This document shows positions 1-8,690 of a stretch of DNA of 64,000 nt, piece by piece. The position numbers and the translations under genes were made by a program. Below the pieces are notes generated by a model. That model was not told the origin of the DNA. It saw only the letters and a program-made list of their open reading frames with translations, and did no database searches. Where the stretch lies: NCBI GenBank assembly GCA_031281585.1, contig JAITFE010000158.1, positions 3,477 to 67,476 on the forward strand. Direction: 5' to 3'. The stretch comes from Bifidobacteriaceae bacterium (lineage in GTDB: Bacteria; Actinomycetota; Actinomycetes; Actinomycetales; WQXJ01). Position 1 is the stretch's first letter. Every line of letters begins with the position of its first letter.

Positions 1-168
1 CCGCCGCCGCCGGACGAGGCCGGCGAGATCGAGCCCCACGCCCGGCTCCCGATAGAGGCCATGAGCCCCGAGGACCGCACCGACAACTTCCTCGAAGTGA
101 TCAAGGGTTACAACAAACTGAACGCCATCGCTGAATCGAAGCGGTGCCTGCGCTGTGACAGGAGCTAG
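1..168 (+). CDS. 3' end of an upstream Fe-S / NAD(P)H-oxidoreductase-like gene (partial, start outside window)
   Basis: Frame 1 is open from base 1 to TAG 166-168 (...MSPEDRTDNFLEVIKGYNKLNAIAESKRCLRCDRS*). It has a CxxC motif and ends 3 nt before the hydrogenase start. A role as hydrogenase electron-transfer partner is inference only. Confidence 0.4.
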   Translation, partial: PPPPDEAGEIEPHARLPIEAMSPEDRTDNFLEVIKGYNKLNAIAESKRCLRCDRS

Positions 169-171
169 ACG

Positions 172-2010
172 GTGGTCAACGTAACCATCAACGGCCGGGA
201 GATTGAGGCGACCGCAGGGGCCACCATTCTGGAAACCGCCCAGGCGAACAGCATCCGCATACCGACGTTGTGCTACCTGGAAGGCGTCCACGCGTTCGGC
301 GCCTGCCGCATCTGCGTGGTAGAAGTCGAAGGGGCCCGCACCCTGCAGGCGTCATGCATGGCGCCGGTGCGCGAGGGCATGGTTGTGCGGACCAACACCA
401 GGACGGTCCGAAAAGCCCGCAAGATGCTTTATGAGCTCATTCTCTCCGACCACCCCAGGGACTGCCTCAGCTGCGTGCGCAACCAGAACTGCGAATTGCA
501 GAGCCTTGGCCAACTGCTCGGCGTGGCAGAGTCCCGCTTCGGCGGCGAAACCAGCCTCGGCGCCCTGGACCTGTCGCCCGCGCTTTACCGCGACACGAGC
601 AAGTGCATCCTGTGCCGCCGCTGCGTCACCGTTTGCAACCAGGTCCAACAGGTCGGGATCCTGAACGCGCAGAACCGCGGCTTCCAGACCGTTGTGGGGC
701 CGGCGGCGAACCTCTCGCTGAACAACGTCGACTGCTCCTATTGCGGACAATGCACCGTGGTGTGCCCGGTGGGGGCGCTGAACGAGGCGGACGGCATCGG
801 GAAAGTCTGGAACGCCCTGGACGACGCGGGCAAACGGACCGTTGTCCAGGTCGCGCCGGCGATCCGGGCCGCGCTGGGCGAAGAGTTCGGGATGGCGCCT
901 GGGACCTTGGTGACCGGGAAGCTGGCCAGGGCGCTAAGGCTGCTGGGGTTCGACGACGTCTTCGACACGAACTTCGCCGCCGACCTGACGATCATGGAAG
1001 AGGGCACGGAGTTCTTAAGCCGGGTCAGCGCGGCGCTGACCGGCGGCGGGCCGGCGGCGCTGCCCATGATCACAAGCTGCAGCCCGGGCTGGGTCAAGCA
1101 CATCGAGCACGCCTTCCCAGGGCAGCTCGACCACCTGTCCAGCTGCAAGTCCCCCCACACAATGCTCGGCGCGGTGGCCAAATCCTTCTACGCCGAACGG
1201 ATCGGGGTGGACCCGAAGGACATGTACGTGGTCTCGGTGATGCCGTGCACCGCCAAGAAATTCGAGATCTCGCGGCCCGAGATGGCCAACGGCGGGGTGG
1301 CGAACGTGGACGCCGTGCTCACCACGCGCGAATTGGCAAAGATGATCAAGGAGGCGGGCATCGACTTCGCCTCCCTGGAGGACAGCGATTTCGACTCCCC
1401 GTTGGGGCTCTCGACCGGAGCGGCGGACATCTTCGGCGTCACCGGCGGCGTCATGGAGGCGGCCCTGCGCACTGTCTACGAACTGGTGACCGGCAGAGAA
1501 CTGCCTTCCAACGGGTTGCATGTGACTCCGATCGTCGGCTTGGAGCGCATCAAGGAGGCGGCTTTCACAATCGAAGAGCCGTTGCCGGAGTACGCCTTCC
1601 TGGACGGCGTGGAGGTCAAGGTGGCCGTCACCAGCGGCCTGGCGGGCGCCGACATCCTCATGGAACAGGTCGCGAAGGGCGAATCGCCTTATCTGTTCAT
1701 CGAGGTGATGGGCTGCCCCGGCGGCTGCATCAGCGGCGGCGGCCAACCGCGCCCCACCACCCCGGCCATCCGGGAAAAGCGCCTCCAGGCGATCTACGGG
1801 GCGGACGAGGCCAAGACTCTGCGCAAGTCGCATGAGAACCCGGACGTGCAACGCCTGTACGCGGACTACCTGGGCTCGCCGTGCGGCCACCTCTCGCATG
1901 ACCTGTTGCACACGACCTACACTCCGCGCGGTAGATTCAACGAGTTGATCGCCGAGGGCGATGACGCCGCCCGCGAGTTCTCCTTGCTTGACTTGGTGAC
2001 GCGAGCCTGA
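172..2010 (+). CDS. [FeFe]-hydrogenase catalytic subunit (HydA/HndD-like, multi-FeS N-terminus)
   Basis: 612-aa ORF. N-terminal 2Fe-2S ferredoxin-like region (CYLEGVHAFGACRIC). Two 4Fe-4S motifs (CILCRRCVTVC, CSYCGQCTVVCP). H-cluster signatures ITSCSPGW (L1 variant), MPCTAKKFE (L2) and EVMGCPGGCISGGGQP (L3). Confidence 0.9.
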   Translation: MVNVTINGREIEATAGATILETAQANSIRIPTLCYLEGVHAFGACRICVVEVEGARTLQASCMAPVREGMVVRTNTRTVRKARKMLYELILSDHPRDCLSCVRNQNCELQSLGQLLGVAESRFGGETSLGALDLSPALYRDTSKCILCRRCVTVCNQVQQVGILNAQNRGFQTVVGPAANLSLNNVDCSYCGQCTVVCPVGALNEADGIGKVWNALDDAGKRTVVQVAPAIRAALGEEFGMAPGTLVTGKLARALRLLGFDDVFDTNFAADLTIMEEGTEFLSRVSAALTGGGPAALPMITSCSPGWVKHIEHAFPGQLDHLSSCKSPHTMLGAVAKSFYAERIGVDPKDMYVVSVMPCTAKKFEISRPEMANGGVANVDAVLTTRELAKMIKEAGIDFASLEDSDFDSPLGLSTGAADIFGVTGGVMEAALRTVYELVTGRELPSNGLHVTPIVGLERIKEAAFTIEEPLPEYAFLDGVEVKVAVTSGLAGADILMEQVAKGESPYLFIEVMGCPGGCISGGGQPRPTTPAIREKRLQAIYGADEAKTLRKSHENPDVQRLYADYLGSPCGHLSHDLLHTTYTPRGRFNELIAEGDDAAREFSLLDLVTRA

Positions 2011-2026
2011 GCACGAAGGGCAAGAA

Positions 2027-3019
2027 ATGAAGGCAAGACTGGTCGCCGCGCTGACAACGGCGCTCTTGGCCGGCGTGTGCGCTTGCGCGCCGGAGTCCGA
2101 ATCTGGGTCGCCGCCGGCCGCGCCAACCGCGCCGCCCGCCGCGCCGCAAGTCACCGCCAAGGTGGCGGCCCTGAAAGGACCCACCACGATGGGCCTGGCC
2201 TGGGCGCTGGACCGGCAAGCGGACGCGTCCCCGGTGCGGTTCGAACTGTCTCTGCACGGCTCACCCGACGAGATCAGCCCGGGCTTGGTCAAGGGCCAGA
2301 CCGAGGTGGCCGCCATTCCGGCCAACCTCGCCGCCGTGCTCTACTCCAAAGGCGCGCAAATCAAAGTGGCCGCCGTCAACACCCTCGGAGTGCTCCACGT
2401 GGTCGCCAAGAACGAACAAGTTCTCGGCTTGGCCGACCTGGCCGGCAAGAAGGTCTTCTCCGCCGGAAAGGGAACCACGCCCCAATACGTGCTGGAGTAC
2501 CTTCTCGCCAAAAACGGCGTGGACGCCGCTGTCGAGTACCTCAGCGAGGCCTCCGAGGTGGCGACCCGTCTCGCGGCCGAAGACGCGGCCGTCGCGGTGC
2601 TGCCCGAACCGTACGTGACGACGGCGTTGGCGAACGACCCTTCCCTGGTGCGCGCCATCGACTTGACGGCGGAATGGGACAAGGTCTCCGACACCGCCCT
2701 GGTCACGGGCGTTCTGGTGGTCGCGGACCAGTTCCCGGCGGACCACGGCGAGGCCTTCGACGTGTTTCTGGAGGACTACCGGGCCTCAATCGAATACACC
2801 AACGCGAACCCCGGCGATGTGGCGCCGCTCATCGCGAACCTCGGGATAGTCCCCAGCCCCGAAGTCGCCGAGGCGGCCATCCCAGGCTCCCACTTGGCGT
2901 TCCTGAGCGGCCCGGAGTGCAAGGCGGCGGTCTCGGCCTACTTGGATGTGCTCTTCCAAGCGGATCCAGCGTCCGTTGGCGGCGCCCCGCCAGACGATGC
3001 CTTCTACTACGGCGCTTGA
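2027..3019 (+). CDS. ABC transporter substrate-binding lipoprotein (NMT1/THI5- or SsuA-like)
   Basis: 330-aa ORF with a signal/lipobox-like N-terminus (LLAGVCACAP). The fold family is assigned by overall resemblance to nitrate/sulfonate/HMP-type binding proteins. It starts 17 nt after the hydrogenase stop and is followed by permease and ATPase genes. Confidence 0.75.
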   Translation: MKARLVAALTTALLAGVCACAPESESGSPPAAPTAPPAAPQVTAKVAALKGPTTMGLAWALDRQADASPVRFELSLHGSPDEISPGLVKGQTEVAAIPANLAAVLYSKGAQIKVAAVNTLGVLHVVAKNEQVLGLADLAGKKVFSAGKGTTPQYVLEYLLAKNGVDAAVEYLSEASEVATRLAAEDAAVAVLPEPYVTTALANDPSLVRAIDLTAEWDKVSDTALVTGVLVVADQFPADHGEAFDVFLEDYRASIEYTNANPGDVAPLIANLGIVPSPEVAEAAIPGSHLAFLSGPECKAAVSAYLDVLFQADPASVGGAPPDDAFYYGA

Positions 3020-3779
3020 GGGGCTCCGCGCCCGGCGCCTGGTCGCCGCCGTCTTCTGGGTCGGCGTCTGGCAGGTGGCCGCGCTGCTGGTCGGCAACGG
3101 CGTGCTCCTGGCGTCGCCGGTGGACGTCGTGGCGACCTTCGGCCGACTGGTCCCCACGCCGAGTTTCTGGGCGACGGTCGCCTATTCGGCGGTCCGCATC
3201 GCCGTCGGCTTCACGGCCGCAGCCGCGGCGGGCGTCTTGCTGGCCTGGCTGGCCTCCTTGGGCCGCTGGGCGGACGCGCTGATCTCGCCCGCGGTGCGGG
3301 CTATCCGGTCCGTGCCGGTGGTCTCCTTCATAGTCCTGGTGTTGATCTGGGCCGACTCGGCGTGGTTGTCGGTCACCATCTCCGCGCTGATGGTGCTGCC
3401 AATCGTCTTCGCGAACGTCGAGGAGGGTATAGCCCGCAAGGACGTCGCCTTGGACGAGTTGGCGACCGTGTTCGCGATGCCGTCCGGGCGGCGGTTGGCG
3501 GCGATCAGGCTGCCCGCCGTGCTGCCGTACTTCACCGCCGCCTGCCGCGTCGGGATCGGCCTGGCGTGGAAGGCCGGCGTCTCCGCCGAGGTGATCGGCC
3601 TGCCGGACGGATCCATTGGCGAACGCCTTTACGAGGCGAAGCTCTTCCTGGCCACAGCCGACCTGTTCTGCTGGACCGCGGTGATCGTGGCCTGCTCGTT
3701 CGCGTTCGAGAAGCTGGCGCTGAGGGCGCTGGCGGCGCTCGAGTCCTCTCTGGGCAGGGGGTACGCGAAATCATTGTGA
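2997..3779 (+). CDS. ABC transporter permease (SsuC/TauC-type)
   Basis: Multi-TM hydrophobic ORF. ATG 2997 is chosen inside track ORF 2946..3779. The stop overlaps the GTG of the ATPase gene (GTGA). Confidence 0.8.
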   Translation: MPSTTALEGLRARRLVAAVFWVGVWQVAALLVGNGVLLASPVDVVATFGRLVPTPSFWATVAYSAVRIAVGFTAAAAAGVLLAWLASLGRWADALISPAVRAIRSVPVVSFIVLVLIWADSAWLSVTISALMVLPIVFANVEEGIARKDVALDELATVFAMPSGRRLAAIRLPAVLPYFTAACRVGIGLAWKAGVSAEVIGLPDGSIGERLYEAKLFLATADLFCWTAVIVACSFAFEKLALRALAALESSLGRGYAKSL

Positions 3780-4330
3780 TCTCCGACGTCAGCTTCGCCT
3801 ACGATTCGGCGCCCGTCCTTAGGGGCGTCAGCGCGCGAGGCTCGGTGTTGGCCGTCACCGGCGCCAACGGCTCAGGCAAGACGACGCTGTTGAAGCTCAT
3901 TCTGGGCCTGCTGGCACCCTCTGCGGGCACCATCGCCGCCCCCGCCCGCAAGGCGGCCGTTTTTCAGGACGACCGGCTCTTGGAGCACCTCACGGCCATC
4001 GGCAACGTCCGCGTGACGCACCCGGGCAAGATCGGCGACAAACAGATCGCCGCCGAGTTCCAGGCGTTGGGCCTCCCCGAGGAAGCCTGGCGCCGCCGGG
4101 TGCGCGACCTGTCTGGCGGCCAACGCCGCCGCGTCTGCCTGGCGCGGGCACTGGCGCCGGACGCCGAACTGGTCTGCCTGGACGAGCCCTTCAAAGGAAT
4201 CGACGCCGAGAGCCTGCCCGCCGTGCGGGAGCATGTGCGCGAGCGGCTCCGCGACAAGGACGTCGCCATCGCCACCCACGACGAGGAGGACCTGGCCCTT
4301 TTTCAGGGCGCGGGCATTTGCCTGGGCTGA
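3776..4330 (+). CDS. ABC transporter ATP-binding protein (compact, about 184 aa)
   Basis: Walker A GANGSGKTT, signature LSGGQRRR, Walker B LVCLDEPF, H-loop ATHD. GTG 3776 overlaps the permease stop. The upstream part of track ORF 3362..4330 is the alternate frame of the permease. Confidence 0.85.
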   Translation: MISDVSFAYDSAPVLRGVSARGSVLAVTGANGSGKTTLLKLILGLLAPSAGTIAAPARKAAVFQDDRLLEHLTAIGNVRVTHPGKIGDKQIAAEFQALGLPEEAWRRRVRDLSGGQRRRVCLARALAPDAELVCLDEPFKGIDAESLPAVREHVRERLRDKDVAIATHDEEDLALFQGAGICLG

Positions 4331-4335
4331 CTCAT

Positions 4336-4387
4336 CCCCGCCACGGTCGCCGTATCATGATCGGCCCGCTCGCCTAACGGCTCGGCG
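4336..4387 (+). repeat. 52-bp direct repeat, copy A
   Basis: ccccgccacGgtcgccgtatcatgatcggcccgctcgcctaacggcTcggcg. It matches 4912-4963 at 50 of 52 positions. Confidence 0.9.
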
Positions 4388-4417
4388 AGGAGCTCCGGCG
4401 ACGCTGGAGACACGTTT

Positions 4418-4861
4418 TCAGACTTCTTGATCGTCAATCATGTGCGGGAACTCGGTCTGTTCCACGCGGTCGTTTTCCGGAAACTCCGAGCCGTAGGAGA
4501 TCCGGTTGCCAAGGAACAGCCCGTTGGCGAAGAAATCCACGATCCGCCGGTCCACCGGTTCCGGCAACAGAATGCAGGCGGTCCTGTAGCGGTCGAGGAA
4601 AAGCTGGTCCTTGGCGAACGCGATCTCAATTCGATCCGGCAAGAACAACACGCCGGCCAGGTCGTAATAGCCTCCCTGCGATTGGTCGTCCAATTCGACG
4701 TGGACGGTGTTCATGTCCGGGTATTCGGGATCGTCTGCAACGCCTCGTTGAAAGGTGAACCAAGACCAGTCGGCGCCCTCCCCCGGGGTGAAGCTGATAG
4801 CGTTGGTCTCAAGTTCGTCCCAAAACCAGTGGGCTTCCCTCGCCGTCAAGTCAAGTCGCAT
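4418..4861 (-). CDS. Hypothetical small acidic cytoplasmic protein (immunity-protein-like; family not recognised)
   Basis: ATG 4861 (MRLDLTAREAHWFWDE...) is preceded by GGGAGG 5 nt upstream. The longer track start (4933) runs into repeat copy B. No TM or signal peptide. Confidence 0.6.
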   Translation of the reverse strand: MRLDLTAREAHWFWDELETNAISFTPGEGADWSWFTFQRGVADDPEYPDMNTVHVELDDQSQGGYYDLAGVLFLPDRIEIAFAKDQLFLDRYRTACILLPEPVDRRIVDFFANGLFLGNRISYGSEFPENDRVEQTEFPHMIDDQEV

Positions 4862-4911
4862 GAATGCCTCCCTGTTCCGCACCGCAAATACTGCCACAAA
4901 ACCAACCTGCC

Positions 4912-4963
4912 CCCGCCACAGTCGCCGTATCATGATCGGCCCGCTCGCCTAACGGCCCGGCGC
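4912..4963 (+). repeat. 52-bp direct repeat, copy B
   Basis: ccccgccacAgtcgccgtatcatgatcggcccgctcgcctaacggcCcggcg. It lies between the divergent starts at 4861(-) and 5036(+). Confidence 0.9.
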
Positions 4964-5035
4964 TCGCACGTGAGCGCTACCATTTCCACGACTGAGCGCC
5001 CTCGCGACGCTCTCAGCCGGAAAGGAGGCCCGCAA

Positions 5036-5383
5036 ATGGGGTGCTGGGGAGACGAGCCCTGGGAGAGCGACGGGGGCGCCGACTGGTTTGGCGACCTGAT
5101 GGACAAATCGTCGCTGCGCGAATACTGGCGAGAGGGGATAGCCGCCGAGGACGACGAAGGCGAGGTCGTGTTCGCCGCCGCGTGGCTGTTTGTCCAGTTG
5201 GGGCGGGTCTACATCTGGCCGATCAGGGACTTCGACGCCGACCTCCAGGCGACCTTGAGGGCCCTCCACCGTCTGCGGGAAGACGAGCGCATGGCCGAGG
5301 GCCAACCGGTGGAATGGGAACGGCGGATCGACGGCTATATCGCGGAGCTTGAATCTCGCCTGCCGGCGAGCGGGTCAGGCTGA
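5036..5383 (+). CDS. DUF4259-like small protein
   Basis: ATG 5036 is preceded by AAAGGAGG 7 nt upstream. The N-terminus MGCWGDEPWESDGGADWFGDL resembles the MGxWGxGPFDND..ADW start typical of DUF4259 (from memory). The rest of track ORF 4427..5383 is antisense to 4418..4861. Confidence 0.65.
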   Translation: MGCWGDEPWESDGGADWFGDLMDKSSLREYWREGIAAEDDEGEVVFAAAWLFVQLGRVYIWPIRDFDADLQATLRALHRLREDERMAEGQPVEWERRIDGYIAELESRLPASGSG

Positions 5384-5453
5384 CGGCCGCGACGGGCATC
5401 TAGGATGGCCCTATGTCCGGCCGATCGATTTGCCCGCGTTGGTGACCCCGCCG

Positions 5454-6974
5454 ATGCCGTCTGGCGGCGCCCGTCTGTCCGCTCGCCTTGGGCAGGCGTT
5501 GGCCGGGCGGCGCTGGGCTCCGGCGGTCGCGTGGCTGCGCCGAAGGGCGGCCCAGGCGGATTGGATCGCCTGGGCGGTCGCCGGACTCGGGTTCGCCCTT
5601 TACCTGACGCTGACACTGGCCCGGTGGCACAGGCAGGACGCGCCGTCGCTGGACCTGGCGATCTTTGAGCAGGCGGTCAAGGGCTACGCGCATTTCGGGC
5701 CGCCGATCGTGGACATCAAAGGGCCGGGCGCAAACCAACTCGGCGACCATTTCTCGCCCATCCTGGCGCTTCTGGCCCCCTTCTACCGGGTCTTCCCCTC
5801 GCCGGTGACGTTGCTGGTGGCCCAATGCGTGCTGGTCGCCCTGTCGATTGTCCCTGTGACAGCCCTGGCCCGCCGGCGGCTGGGACGCTGGTCGGGGCTG
5901 GCGTTTGGAGCGGCCTACGCCCTCAGCTGGGGATTGCAGACCGGCGTGGACGCCCAGTTCCACGAATACGCCTTCGCCGTGCCAATGCTGGCCTTCGCGC
6001 TGGCCGCCGCGTTGGATCAGCGGTGGACCGCCGCCGCCCTGTGGGCTGCGGCCACCGTCACGGTCAAGGAGGACATGGGCCTGACTGTGATCGCGTTCGG
6101 GGCGGTGATGGCCGGGCACGGCTGGTGGCTCCGCCGCCGGGAGGCCGCCGCGCGGAACCGGGACGCGTGGTGGCCTGAATGCCGGGCGGGATTGTTGCTG
6201 ATCGGCGGGGGTTTGACGGCTTTCGTCCTGGTGTTCGGGCTGCTCATGCCGGCTTTCAAAGGCGGCGACTGGTACTACTGGGGGAAAGTCGACCAGACCG
6301 GCGGGGCGTTGGGGCTGATCGTGGGCATTCTTGAGCCGCCGGTCAAACTCAAGACGCTGGCGCTGGTCAGCGCCGTGGTCATGGGCACCTGCTGGCTGTC
6401 GCGCTGGAGCCTGGTGGCCCTGCCCACCCTGTTCTGGCGGTTCGCCTCGACCGACTCGGCGCACTGGGGCACCATGTGGCACTATTCGATGATCCTGATG
6501 CCAATGGTGTTTCTGGCGGCGCTCGACGTGTTGGGGCGTTGGCGGGCCTCGAAACGGCGGTGGCCGCGCGGCGTTGCGCGCGTGACGGTGGCCGCGAGCC
6601 TGGCGTTCGCTGTTGTGGCGACGGCCTGGTTCCCGTTGGGCAAACTGACCAGACCGGACACTTACGCTCCCTCGCCCAGGGCGGACCAGGCGGCCCGGGT
6701 GCTGGAGCTGATTCCGGACGGGGCCTCCGTCGCCTCGGATCGCGGGCTGATCACGCAGCTCGCCACGGACCATGTCGTGTACTGGATTGGCGACTACGCC
6801 GACCGGGTGCAGCCGGACTACGTGCTGCTGGACCCGATGAGCGGCTGGAGCAACGACCCGGGCGGGGCGGAGGGCTACGCCGAGTCGGTCTACGGCGGGG
6901 ATTACGAGCCGGTGGGCGGGATTGGGCCGCCGGACGACCAGACCGCCTACCGCCTGGCCCGCCGCCTCCCCTGA
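5454..6974 (+). CDS. Integral membrane protein, DUF2079-like
   Basis: Polytopic ORF with LDLAIFEQAVKGY...GDHFSPILALLAP, reminiscent of DUF2079. The start is uncertain (ATG 5454 versus the alternative start at 5349). Confidence 0.7.
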   Translation: MPSGGARLSARLGQALAGRRWAPAVAWLRRRAAQADWIAWAVAGLGFALYLTLTLARWHRQDAPSLDLAIFEQAVKGYAHFGPPIVDIKGPGANQLGDHFSPILALLAPFYRVFPSPVTLLVAQCVLVALSIVPVTALARRRLGRWSGLAFGAAYALSWGLQTGVDAQFHEYAFAVPMLAFALAAALDQRWTAAALWAAATVTVKEDMGLTVIAFGAVMAGHGWWLRRREAAARNRDAWWPECRAGLLLIGGGLTAFVLVFGLLMPAFKGGDWYYWGKVDQTGGALGLIVGILEPPVKLKTLALVSAVVMGTCWLSRWSLVALPTLFWRFASTDSAHWGTMWHYSMILMPMVFLAALDVLGRWRASKRRWPRGVARVTVAASLAFAVVATAWFPLGKLTRPDTYAPSPRADQAARVLELIPDGASVASDRGLITQLATDHVVYWIGDYADRVQPDYVLLDPMSGWSNDPGGAEGYAESVYGGDYEPVGGIGPPDDQTAYRLARRLP

Positions 6975-7049
6975 GCCGTCCCGGCCGCCCGCAACCGCCG
7001 CCACCAATCTGGTGCTGGCATTTCCGGGCGCGGGTTCTCAAACAGCCGT

Positions 7050-7580
7050 TCAGGCGGTCCGCGCGCGGGAACGCGGCAGAGAGCGCAGTCCCGCGGCCAG
7101 CGTGACGGCCCAAGCCCGGGCGCGGATCAACTCCCCGTCGTCAAGCGGTCCGGCGTAGTCGGAGACGCAGAAGGTGGCGCCGCGCCGGACGTGGGAGAAG
7201 CCCGCCCGCGCCATCAGCCGCGCGGCGGTCTTGGCGGCGGTGGACGGCGTGAAACCGGTCTTGAAGGCGGTGTCCACCGTCACAACCTTGACGTCTTCCC
7301 GGCCGTCCAGGCCCGCGATCCACTCCCGCAGGCCCGGTTCGGCCGCCTGGCCTCCCCGAGCCGCCGCGCGAGCCCGGGTGCGGGGCCTGGGCAACGAGTA
7401 ATCGTGCGTCGGAGCGGCCAGGATCAGCAGATCGGTGCCGTCCGGAACGGACTGGGGCGCGTCCGCCACGGGGAGCGACTCAACGGACATGCCGCCCGCC
7501 CCGGACAACGCCTCGGCGATCGCCCCAGCCAGCGCGGTGGTGTTGCCGAAGCAGGACTCGGTGATGATCAAAGCCGTCAT
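7050..7580 (-). CDS. Flavodoxin-like fold protein
   Basis: MTALIITESCFGNTTALAGAIAEAL is a flavodoxin-type N-terminal phosphate-binding loop. 176 aa. Confidence 0.65.
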   Translation of the reverse strand: MTALIITESCFGNTTALAGAIAEALSGAGGMSVESLPVADAPQSVPDGTDLLILAAPTHDYSLPRPRTRARAAARGGQAAEPGLREWIAGLDGREDVKVVTVDTAFKTGFTPSTAAKTAARLMARAGFSHVRRGATFCVSDYAGPLDDGELIRARAWAVTLAAGLRSLPRSRARTA

Positions 7581-7715
7581 GAGGTCCTCCTTGCGTGCGA
7601 ATGGCGGTTGACCGGGCCGCTGGGGATGACGGTAAGGCGCTGGTTCCGGTCACGGGTCGGCGCCCTGCCCGGCGTCTCACCCGTTGAGACACGGTGCGGG
7701 CGTAGGGTTGCCAGA

Positions 7716-8630
7716 ATGAGGATTCTGATGGCGGGGGCGTCCGGAATGATCGGCCGGGCTTTGCGCGCCCAGTTGGAAACCGAGGGGGCCGAGGTCAGAG
7801 TCCTGGTCCGGCGTCCCGCCCGCGCCGCCGCCGAGTACCCGTGGGAGGGCACGGTCGGCACAGTTCCGCAGGCGGCGGTAGCGTGGGCCGATGCCGTCGC
7901 CTCGCTTGGCGGGGCCCCGATCGCCCGGTTGCCGTGGACCAAGGCGTACCGCCGGGAAATCATGGACTCAAGGGTTGATTCGGCCAGCGCGCTGGCCCAA
8001 GCCATCTTGCGGGCCGACGACCCGCCCAAGGTCTGGGTGTCCGCCAGCGCCACCGGGTTCTACGGCGATGCGGCCCCCACGCGGGCGGATTTGCAACCGG
8101 AGGCGCTGACGGAGTCTTCGCCGTCGGGTTCGGGATTCTTGGCGGCGGTGGTCCGGGCCTGGGAGGCGGCCGCGCTGCCCGCGGCCTCGGCGACGCGCCT
8201 GGTCCGCGCCCGCACCGGCATGGTCCTGGGGCGCGGTGAGGGCACGCTGAAGCCGCTCGCGGCGGCCACAAGACTGGGCTTGGGCGCCCGGTTCGGCGAC
8301 GGGCGTCAATTCTGGCCCTGGATCTCCCTGCGGGACGAGGTCCGGGCTTGGGCGTTCGCCCTGCGGGACGAGTCGATCAGGGGACCCGTCAACCTGGTCG
8401 GCCCCACCTTGGCCACAGCGGGCGAAGTCACGGGGGCGGTGGCCCACGCCCTTCGCCGCCCGCACCGGCTGGCCGTCCCGGCCGGGGTGTTGCGGGCGGC
8501 CCTGGACGGCGCCGCGGAAGACCTGCTGCTGGCCTCCCAGCCAGTGCGGCCAGGCGTGCTCGAGGCGCATGGCTTCGAGTTCCTGGACCGCACGGCGCCG
8601 GCGGCGATCCGCACGGTGTTGGCCGGGTAG
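7716..8630 (+). CDS. NAD-dependent epimerase family protein, YfcH/TIGR01777-like (DUF1731 C-terminus)
   Basis: ATG 7716 gives MRILMAGASGMIGRAL (Rossmann GxxGxxG). The 5' part of track ORF 7191..8630 is antisense to the flavodoxin gene. Confidence 0.8.
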   Translation: MRILMAGASGMIGRALRAQLETEGAEVRVLVRRPARAAAEYPWEGTVGTVPQAAVAWADAVASLGGAPIARLPWTKAYRREIMDSRVDSASALAQAILRADDPPKVWVSASATGFYGDAAPTRADLQPEALTESSPSGSGFLAAVVRAWEAAALPAASATRLVRARTGMVLGRGEGTLKPLAAATRLGLGARFGDGRQFWPWISLRDEVRAWAFALRDESIRGPVNLVGPTLATAGEVTGAVAHALRRPHRLAVPAGVLRAALDGAAEDLLLASQPVRPGVLEAHGFEFLDRTAPAAIRTVLAG

Positions 8631-8690
8631 GGGGCCTGCGGCCCGCGCGGGCGGACCGAAAGCCCGCGCCGCCAAGGGCTCCCAGACGGT

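Noticed and set aside
4427-5383. 318-aa track ORF spanning 4427..5383 on the plus strand.
   Set aside because: Only the last 115 codons, from ATG 5036 with a strong AAAGGAGG SD, look real (DUF4259-like). The upstream part is antisense to the better-supported gene 4418..4861 and crosses the 52-bp repeat.
5400-7007. 535-aa ORF on the minus strand opposite the DUF2079 membrane-protein gene. Similar long antisense or alternate-frame ORFs include 1015..2325(-), 603..1835(+), 2077..3282(+) and 9834..11045(-).
   Set aside because: The composition is extremely Arg/Pro/Gly/His-rich, with no motifs. These ORFs overlap genes that have clear family signatures. This is the typical stop-codon-poor shadow-ORF artefact of high-GC DNA.
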